This document shows positions 54,787-64,000 of a stretch of DNA of 64,000 nucleotides, one piece after another. How positions within the stretch are numbered: the stretch's first letter is position 1; every line of letters begins with the position of its first letter. The notes under the pieces are model-generated. The model ran no database searches, was not told where the DNA came from, and saw nothing but the letters and a program-made list of their open reading frames with translations. The position numbers were made by a program, and so were the translations under genes. Origin of the DNA: Eledone cirrhosa (lineage: Eukaryota). The stretch lies in assembly GCA_964016885.1 (NCBI GenBank), contig OZ024748.1, positions 54,684,001-54,748,000 on the forward strand, given 5' to 3'.

Positions 54787-55590
54787 CACGTACATATACA
54801 CACAATTAAACATAGTCACACATTCCTGAATGTACACATATACCACAAAAACTTACACTTTCAAATATATACTTAGATGCATGTGTGTGTTCTTTAGTGT
54901 ATGTAAGGAATATTACAGGTCCTCTGGCTTGCTTAAAACAAACACAAATCCACATTGGAAATGTTCAGGCCCACCCACATTTACTATAATCGTGAGACTG
55001 TAGGGCTTTTTTATATATAGGAAAATAACACCAACCATGAATTTAAAATATAAGAAAAAAATAACAATAACATCCACTACATTATTTTTCTAATAAGAGC
55101 TATAATTTAATTGAGCGCTGTAGCAACACATCACTTTGAGAAAGTGTGTAGGTTGAGCCAAACCAATGTAATTATACAACGGTCGTGGTTGTGGTTGTGG
55201 TTGTCGTTTGGTACGATCAAACTACAGTTGGTTCAGCAAAGTATGAAGGGAGGAATTGTACCACACGTTTGGTTGTAATTGTGTGGTCCTTAAAATTAAA
55301 AAACAGATAGAAGGAAGCAAACAAACAAACAAAGACAAAGTGACCTTGTCGGGGACATATGATGGACCATGACATGATATGATATGAAAATTTGGAATTA
55401 GATAGACATCACCTGGATAGCTAAAGCCTGGACAGCCAACAGCCTGAGTCATATATCCGTTAGAGGCGAACTGAGAGAACTAGATCTTACATGAGAGAAA
55501 GCAGAGAGAGTTGCTAACAACTATTATGAACTGGGTTACATCATCGAATCTTTATTTTCCTATCTGATATAAAAAAAAGACTTTTATTGA

Positions 55591-55745
55591 TTTCTAATTG
55601 AGAAATCAGGCCAGTAAATTTGGAAGAAGGTCAAAGTTCATTAAATCAACCCTAGTACTTGTTTGGTCCTTTATTTTATGGACCCCAGAAGGACGAAAGG
55701 TAAAGTTGATCTTGGAGGTATTTGAACTGGGTGTGCAAAGAGCTA
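55591..55745 (-). mobile_element. Diverged SINE family 1 relative
   Basis: TTTATTTTATGGACCCCAGAAGGACGAAAGGTAAAGTTGATCTTGGAGGTATTTGAACT. Confidence 0.7.
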
Positions 55746-56809
55746 AAACAAATGCCGCAGTGAAATTTCATCCGAAGCTCTACCGATTCAAACAAACCAC
55801 AACGCTGTCAAATGCAAAAGTTGATATAGGCAGGATTTGAGCTTAGAACGCTGCAAACCGAAACCAATGTCTCATTTATTACACGGTCTAACGACTATGT
55901 CAAGCCGACATACCTTTTCTACTTTATTGACAAGTTGTTGTTGTTGTTGTTGTTGTTATTGGTGTTGTTATGGTTATAATTAAATTGTTTAATTTAGAAG
56001 ATCTCACCGAGTCTTTCAATGAAATCTACTTCGTTTTCTGATGAATCAAATTATGTAATGGGAAGTATATATCTATCTATGATATCTCTCTCTCATTTAT
56101 ATATATATATATATATATATTGTTTGTATATATGTGTGTAATTATGTATGTGTGTAAGTGTGTATGCGTGTAAGTGTGTATGTGTGTAAGTATGTACGTG
56201 TGTAACTGTGTGTGTGTGTGTATGTGTGTGTAACTGTGTGTGTGTAACAGCGAACCTACGTAATACAACTGTGTAAATTGCCTCATGTTTTGTTTGTTCA
56301 TTTTTCAAATATATGTGTGTGAGTGTACGTGCGTGTGCGTACGTGTTTGCATATATACATATATACATATATTTATGTGTGTGCATGCATGCGTGTGTAT
56401 GTGTGTACGTATGTATACACTGTTCACATTTGTGTATATGTTCGTTAGTTTCCGTAATGCCAACCGACCACAAAAGACTTAACAAAGCAAGAAGGAGCAG
56501 CAAAAAGATCATAAGCCATATAGGGCGGAAGTGCAGGTAAGAGTCACTGCACTAATAGTCACTGGCTATCTGGCTAAATGGCAACAAGGGTAAAGTCTTT
56601 CATGTGGAGATTTGGAGAGCATGAAAAGAACAGTGGGTGTCCCTTTCCGGCTGGTCTCTCAGTTGTACGGTCAATTAGGCGAAGTAAAAGTCTCTGCTTG
56701 ATGAAGTCGAGTACTTTGGCAAACGATAAAAATATGAAAAGTCGGGTTAAGGAAAGAGACGTTAGCAATACTGAACAAAGACAATGTCTTTAAGAGGGAC
56801 ATGATATTG

Positions 56810-56865
<56 letters not shown>

Positions 56866-56881
56866 GCATATATATATACAA

Positions 56882-56914
<33 letters not shown>

Positions 56915-57055
56915 TACACCTGTGTGTGTGTGTATAGATATAGATATATATATATACACACACATGCATATAGAGAGACACGCACACACAAACACCAATG
57001 TGTGTGAATGTATATATATATATATATATATATACATACACACATACCTATATAG

Positions 57056-57093
<38 letters not shown>

Positions 57094-57094
<1 letters not shown>

Positions 57095-57232
57095 ATGGTA
57101 GAACACTGGAGTGTTAAATCTGTAGTAGTAGAGCACTCAGTCCATGGGACGAGTTTATTAGAAGTAGTTCCACAACAGTTAGTTCACCATCCCGAGAACC
57201 AATGTTTCACCTTACGCGGATCTTCAACTAGA
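57094..57232 (-). mobile_element. Family H pLTR-like remnant with degenerate hammerhead
   Basis: Minus strand TAGTT-(CT lost)GAAGA-TCCGCGTAAGGT-GAAAC...AACTA, then AATAAA and the ACTC..GAGTGCT stem-loop, ending in (TA)n. Confidence 0.5.
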
Positions 57233-57263
57233 CAGAGAGAGAGGGAGAGAGAGAGAGACGCAA

Positions 57264-57318
<55 letters not shown>

Positions 57319-57319
57319 G

Positions 57320-57525
57320 ATCGATCGACTTTCGTCAAATCGCACCGAGGAAACAATGTTGGTCTTTCCAGTTGCTAGTACTATCTATCGGTCGCAACTC
57401 CAGGTAGAAGGAGCAACGTGAAATAAAGTGTCTTGCCCAAGGACATAACACATCGCCCGGTCCAGGAATCGGACTCACAACCTCAACATTGTGAATCCAA
57501 TTCTCTAACCACTCAGCTACACGCC
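57320..57525 (-). mobile_element. SINE family 2, full length
   Basis: Reverse complement of 50809-51028. Confidence 0.88.
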
Positions 57526-57780
57526 TATATATATATAATGGGGGTGTTGCACGTATGTTTTAGTAGTAAATCGTAGTAAATACGAAAGTGCAATCGTCCA
57601 TGATTTGTTGTTTTTGTTTGGTTTATTCCTTATTTTCTCTTGTGAGGAATATTTTTTATACTTTCCACTATAAATTTCTGGTAAAATTCCATTTTGCTAT
57701 AATTTTCACTTTAAAACTTTGTTAGACTAACTCCATACACATACACTGTGTTCGGTTCCGTCCATGGTACATACCTATCA

Positions 57781-57921
57781 TATATATATATATATATATG
57801 TGAAAATGTTTAACCCTATTATCCACTCTACTACCCTAAGTATTGGATACGTTATGGTCCATCTTGTTCCTTCTCTGGTGTGTTATGGTCCATCTGGTTC
57901 CTTACCACACCTCCTTCGTTA
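57781..57921 (+). mobile_element. Family D rearranged fragment (D3)
   Basis: ACTCTACTACCCTAAGTATTG...GTTATGGTCCATCTGGTTCCTTACCACACC, with internal duplication. Confidence 0.7.
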
Positions 57922-58135
57922 TATATATATATATATGTATATAATATATCAGATCAAAAGATGGTTAAAAGAGTTCCATGTATTTTATTATGCGCATTTC
58001 AAAAACCAATATCATCATGCAATAATATTTGTGTTTTCATCAGATAAAATAGGAAGACATGATATGAAGGTTAAAAAACACTTGTGGATAGTGCAGTTTT
58101 AAATCAGCATATCAGCATATGTATATATATATATA

Positions 58136-58270
58136 TAACAAAGGAATTGTGGTAAGGAACCAGATGGACCATAACGCACCAGAGTACTCAATACTTAGGG
58201 TAGTAGAGTGGGAAATAAGAAAAAGTATGACCCCAACGGCAGAGCTCAAGCCGTTGGGGTCATACTTTTT

Positions 58271-58275
<5 letters not shown>
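58136..58275 (-). mobile_element. Family D fold-back element (D4), axis in the stem III loop
   Basis: ATAAGAAAAAGTATGACCCCAACGGC-AGAGCTCAA-GCCGTTGGGGTCATACTTTTTCTTAT. Confidence 0.75.
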
Positions 58276-58307
<32 letters not shown>

Positions 58308-58310
<3 letters not shown>

Positions 58311-58541
58311 GATAAATCTACCAAGAGTTTACGGTAGTGTCCAATCCGTATGGATATATGTGTGTTTGGTATGTATATTTAATCTTGATAGTTTGTATAA
58401 TTTTGTATAATTTTGTACATAGATCTGTTGAATATGCATGCCAATTCTAACACATATATATCCTAGAAACGATCGTTAAATAATGAACTTTTTTTGTTTA
58501 ATATAAGGAACTGTTTCATTGTTTTATTCATTATTTTTTTA

Positions 58542-58550
<9 letters not shown>
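58308..58550. mobile_element. Family A collapsed palindrome (A6)
   Basis: Same outer ends as A1/A3; centre missing: 44 bp of the minus-strand 3' end joined to a plus arm that starts in stem II. Confidence 0.75.
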
Positions 58551-58604
<54 letters not shown>

Positions 58605-58605
<1 letters not shown>

Positions 58606-59096
58606 CAATATATTAACAAATTGAAACTATATTTATAAAACAATATTTATTTTATTATACATAGTTCAAGGACACCAAAGCAAATTATGGTGCGCTTTCA
58701 TCAGATAAAATATAATATAGATCAGTTTTATAAACAAATATTGACATACCCCTAAAGAAGGCGACCATGTCGGTTGGAAGCTCCCATGTCGGTTGGAAGC
58801 TCCCATGTAGGTTGGAAGCTCCCATGTCGGTTGGAAGCTTCCAACCGACATGGTCGCCTTCTTTAAGGGTATGTCAATATTTGTTTATAAAACTGATCTA
58901 TATTATATTTTATCTGATGAAAGCGCACCATAATTTGCTTTGGTGTCCTTGAAATATGTATAATGAAATAAATATGGTTTTATAAATATAGTTTCCATTT
59001 GTTAATATATTGTATTTTTACTCCAACAATTTGTTGAGTGCTTTATATCAGTTATAAAAATATTTGCTTGTATCCCCAAAAATTAAATATAACTTC

Positions 59097-59100
<4 letters not shown>
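58605..59100 (+). mobile_element. Family B fold-back palindrome (B2) with 4 x 19-bp repeat at the axis
   Basis: Arms 58605-58837 / 58838-~59013, axis AAG|CTT; homologous to 2421-2781. Confidence 0.8.
58906..58970 (+). ncRNA. Minimal type I hammerhead ribozyme
   Basis: TATTTTAT-CTGATGA-AAGCGCACCA TAATTTGCTT TGGTGTCCTT-GAAA-T ATGT ATA-ATGAAATA; the mirror copy in the left arm has GAAA>GAAC. Confidence 0.8.
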
Positions 59101-59152
<52 letters not shown>

Positions 59153-59778
59153 ATATCGTTGCTAGGATGCGTCCACCATAGGCGGTTGAGCACTCTATGG
59201 TCCTTCAGAGCAGAGTATGATAATATGGAAAACGAAGAATCAATGATGCATCGGAACACAATGTATTACTGCTTCCCCTCTCTCTGTATCTCTCACCTTC
59301 TTCCACCCCCCCTCTACCACTCACACTCTTTCTCAGTTGGCCTCCTTTTCTCGCTCACATCTCACCCAGGTCGGATGGTCTGTATCTCTCGTCCATGATT
59401 TCACCAAGCTTAAGCTTACAGATATCATGTACTTGTCTCTTCCTATCTTTCTGTTGCAATACCATCTTTGTTTGTTTACATGTCTCGCTCGTTTCACCCT
59501 ATTTTACTTGTCCCAAAAACTTTATTTAGTTATGGCTCGCACCAACCAGATGTATATGATTTTTAAAGCTATGAAATACCAATGAAGGTTGGAAGATCAT
59601 TGATGAAGGACTAATTTTATTCATATGTAACCCATGTGCAACCACGCAGCACACCATTTTTCTTATATATATATATATATATAAGTGGAAGCTTAGTAAA
59701 ATCGAAGCTTTGGCTGTGAGCAAGCAAAGTCGACCTACAATCTGAATGAGTTAGCAAAGCACTTAGAGTAATAACAGC

Positions 59779-59948
59779 TTCTACTTTAGGCACAAGGCCA
59801 GCAATTACCCAGTTTTTACTGGTACTTTATTTTATCGCCCCCGTAAGGATGAAAGGCAAAGTCAACCTCGGCGGGATTTGAACTCAGATCGTAAAGGGAC
59901 GTAACTATGCTGGAAAGCATGGCGTCCGACCCTCCACCGATACTGCCA
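59779..59948 (-). mobile_element. SINE family 1
   Basis: Reverse complement of ~3198-3368. Confidence 0.88.
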
Positions 59949-60047
59949 GGAGTAATAACATACGTTTAAATAGCTTGACAAATTGAACATTGCGGTAGGC
60001 AAAGCCTAACCACACAATACCAAAGTAACGAAAAAACTAAGGGGTTA

Positions 60048-60113
<66 letters not shown>

Positions 60114-60193
60114 TATACATCGATATAAATAAAATAAGAATTTTATTTCTGGCTCTAGTACAGCTGATACATAAAAGTAAGGTATGCATACGT

Positions 60194-60228
<35 letters not shown>

Positions 60229-60235
60229 CATGTAG

Positions 60236-60462
60236 ATATGTACGTATGGGTTATATCGAACATTAATAAGAATGTTCGATTGGTTTGTAAACAAATGAGC
60301 CCGATTAGAAGCTGTGCCGTGCCGGTGAGCGGTCGTCACCTGTTTGTTCAACACTGGCTTTGAGGAACAATCAACATGTTTCTGGGTCATTACCCTTCAT
60401 CTTTTGTTTACAAACGAATCGAAAATTATTATTACTGTTCGATATAACCCATACGTACATAT
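60236..60462. mobile_element. MITE-like element with ~60-bp imperfect inverted ends
   Basis: ATATGTACGTATGGGTTATATCGAACA...GTTTGTAAACAAA vs TTTGTTTACAAAC...TGTTCGATATAACCCATACGTACATAT. Confidence 0.6.
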
Positions 60463-60542
60463 GTATATGTATATATATAAGTTTATCCCGGGTTCAATCG
60501 GGGGTAACCACAGTAAGTAAGGTACTCAATGTGTATCTATAC

Positions 60543-60698
<156 letters not shown>

Positions 60699-60760
60699 TA
60701 AAAACCTCTACATACGTACGTTAATCTCCTGGTTTGTTGTTTCCCCGGTTCCATCACTTC

Positions 60761-60909
<149 letters not shown>

Positions 60910-63570
60910 GAGAGGAGAGAGAGAGAATGAGGGGGCTCTATTATACCCATTTCCCCATACATGAATATGATGCCTTTATTCAGAACAATTGTTTTTACAG
61001 CTGGAAACCCTACCACTAACCATCGAACTATGTCGTAAATAGTGGAACGTTTGTTTTCTAAGCTAGACAGAGACACTAGAACTAAGTTTACTTACGTCTC
61101 TAACCCAGAGGCCGTAGTTAAATATGGATCTGGCAATAAAATTTGAATCCATGGCTGTGTGATTAGTATGAACTGGAATATCAAAACCCTAGCTTAATAT
61201 TCTAGCATTTACATTACTCTATATTTACTATTGTATTTTCACAGTAAAGGCTTTATCTTACTTAATATCGAATCTGTGATCTTTTGATATTATTTATTTT
61301 GAGAATAATACCTTAATATCAGTATAAGCAGCTTTTATGGTTGGTTCGAAGAGAAAGAGGTAAGAGAATTCTGGACGGATACGACTGGTTTAAATGCAGT
61401 CAGCACACGTATATCATCATCATAGGAGATTTAGGAATAAACAGCAATAAAATAAACCGGAATGAGTGAATGAGAGAGAGAGAACGAAATGTGATGGGTT
61501 AAGGGAGAGGTCTAATAGCCAACGTGGTGTAGTTCGGTAAAAATGACCAGTGTGAACAGGGCCTTTTGAAATTGAGAAAGAAGGAAGGCAGATATCTACG
61601 AGAAAGGAGAATAATTAGGTTTAAATAAATAGTCGGTGTCATATCTATAGCTTGTTACATTAACTCTGTTAGATCTCCACCACACATCCTTCACATTTTA
61701 TGTAAATAGTATCTCTGGAAAAACTTCCCATTTCAATATATTAAATAGTCTAATCAGGGAATAATTTATCAGTAAAAGTCGATATATTTAGGTAGGTTAC
61801 ATTATTCTAAATACGGATCCGGTACATAATGAGAAAGAGTTCTTTTTAGTCTTTTCCTTGATATAAAATAAATAGTAGTAACAATTGATATAGATGTATC
61901 GATATCCAATCACATTATTAAATTATTTGCGATGTAGAATTTTTCGATTTGACCTCAAGTCTTTGATGGACCACGTCTGAATTAGATCCAAACAAACAGT
62001 ATCAAAACCATCGTCAGCAATCAACACCAGTATGTAACAGCAGCAGTAGTAGCAGCAGCAGCACTGCTACCAATTTAATCGTTGTCATCATCATCATCAT
62101 CATCATTGCCGTTGAACTAATTACCTCCTTTGGGATTATGATCATTATAATCAGCATCATTATTATGATTAACGTGATTGAAATTTTCATCACAATCATT
62201 ATTATAATGCTGATGATACTCATGATCGTTATCAATCGATAAATTACAAAAATCAAAAATTAAAACAAAATAAAAATACTCTATAATTTCACCTCAAACA
62301 TGACTTATTTTCGGGATTGCCTTTCAAACTTCTAAACAAAACTAAAACAAAATCAAAACAGCCCTCTTCTCCCCACACCGCTCCAAAATGAAATTAGTTC
62401 TTTGATTAGCTAGTTCATTAGATGATCGTTTCTGTAGGTTTAATTAAAACCTTCAATGACGAACGAACTCATTGTTTATTGATTGACCCTATAAAGTAGT
62501 GTTCCATACATCCTGTTAATTGATGACCTCTGACATGATCTTACCGAATTAATGCGCGCTTGCTCATGCAGACCTCATTAAAAATCTGCAAACAAAATGG
62601 CGCATTTATTGGATAATGGCGCTCGCTTCACATACGCGCGCGCACATACACACAGGCAGCCAGTATTAAGTCTAACGCTTTGTTTTGTTTTCTGTTCTTT
62701 ATGTGTGTGTGTTTGCGTGCGTATGTTTGTGTTTATGTGTATGCCTCTATATGATTGTGTATGTGTTTGTGTTTGACTGCCTATGATGACCTCCTTTTCA
62801 AAGTGATGAAACGAACCCTCTCGTGCCATCTTTTCTTGCACTGACCTCTTTTTGCGATCATTCTTTCATTCTCTCGTTCCCTCGTTCAGGAATATAGCTT
62901 AATTGAGAATGGATGTCATGTGGAACAGTTGAAACAAAACAAGAACAACAACAACAACAACGCCCCTCCAAATCAACTAAAAGTAAAATAAAAATAAAAC
63001 AAAAGTACAAAGCTTTAATAAAGAAAGTATCATCACAGAGTTTAGAGTGAGTGTTGCAGAAAATTTTTGCCGAAAATTTTCTAGCAAACACCGGAAGTAG
63101 GAAGTTCATTGCTGAAGAGAAACTTAAAACAAATATATAAATAAGTAAATAAATATGTAAAAAAAAAAACACACATACAAACACACAAAACACACATTAA
63201 CCCCACACCCCACAAAAAACGAAAGAAGCCTGCAGGGTTTATAACGACGGGAGAATGTTAAATAGAAAGCACATAGTAAATAAATAAACATATAAGAAAA
63301 ATCCTTTCCCCCACCTAAGATGTGATATCAGTGTTGGCGATGATGATGATTGTGGTGTGGTAGCGTTGTAAGAAGACATTTTTTTGTGAGTTTGTTGATT
63401 ATTTTTTTAATGATGATGATAATGATGATGATGATGGCGATGACGTTGTCTAAGAAATGTTATGTAAATCATCAAAAAACACATATGAAGACGTTAACGA
63501 AGGGGAAATCCTTTGAAAAGCATCAGTCACCGTAAAATCCCTATCTAACTAACTAAAGGAGAGAAAAGTA

Positions 63571-63628
63571 GAGAGAGATATAGATAGATAGTGATAGAGA
63601 GGGTGAGAGAGGGAGAGAGAATGAGAGA

Positions 63629-63699
<71 letters not shown>
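63571..63699. repeat. (GA)n microsatellite
   Basis: Read directly. Confidence 0.95.
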
Positions 63700-63703
<4 letters not shown>

Positions 63704-63812
63704 AAATGGTCTGAGGAAACCAGCAGGGAGAGGTAGTAATTAGCCGTGTTAGAATAGATTAGAATGGAATATTGAATTGAATGGGTTTAGAATGGAAGAC
63801 GACCAGGGAGAC

Positions 63813-63813
63813 A

Positions 63814-63847
<34 letters not shown>

Positions 63848-63912
63848 GGTGATGGTGGTGGTGGTGATGATGGTGGTGGTGATGATGGTGGTGGTGATGG
63901 TGGTGGTGATGA

Positions 63913-63946
<34 letters not shown>

Positions 63947-64000
63947 GATGGTGGTGGTGGTGGTGATGATGGTGGTGATGATGGTGGTGGTGATGGTGGT
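63813..64000. repeat. (GAT/GGT)n array running off the window end
   Basis: Read directly. Confidence 0.95.

Noticed and set aside
56038-56070. CTGATGA motif
   Set aside because: No GAAA or stem III at a suitable position
56440-56512. Signal-peptide-like ORF start MIFLLLLLALLSLLWSVG (minus strand)
   Set aside because: Runs into microsatellite with no convincing splice donor
58765-58840. CRISPR-like short repeats
   Set aside because: Direct tandem copies with no spacers; eukaryotic context; no cas genes

Overview
Eukaryotic, gene-poor, repeat-dominated DNA; the SINE families and microsatellite load resemble what I recall of octopus/cephalopod genomes (inference, not a database result). No intact protein-coding gene is supported, and nearly all supplied ORFs are translations of (TA)n, (CA)n, (GGT)n or (CAA)n tracts. 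Bases ~1000-35340 are one compound (TA)n satellite with a 2.2-2.9 kb higher-order period. The main signal is a set of at least seven unrelated short (150-550 bp) elements inserted in (TA)n tracts. Each carries a minimal type I hammerhead ribozyme (HHR: stem I-CUGANGA-stem II-GAAA-short, often palindromic stem III-NUH-stem I'), or a degenerate or half copy of one. Many are fold-back palindromes whose axis falls on an HHR helix, and most share an ACTC...GAGT(A/G)CT stem-loop ~45-70 nt from the 3' end. This fits Penelope-like element (PLE) pLTR remnants or non-LTR retrozymes. Also present: two tRNA-derived SINE families, an RTE LINE 3' fragment, a Helitron 3' end, MITE-like inverted repeats and a candidate exon. 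All structures were paired by eye.
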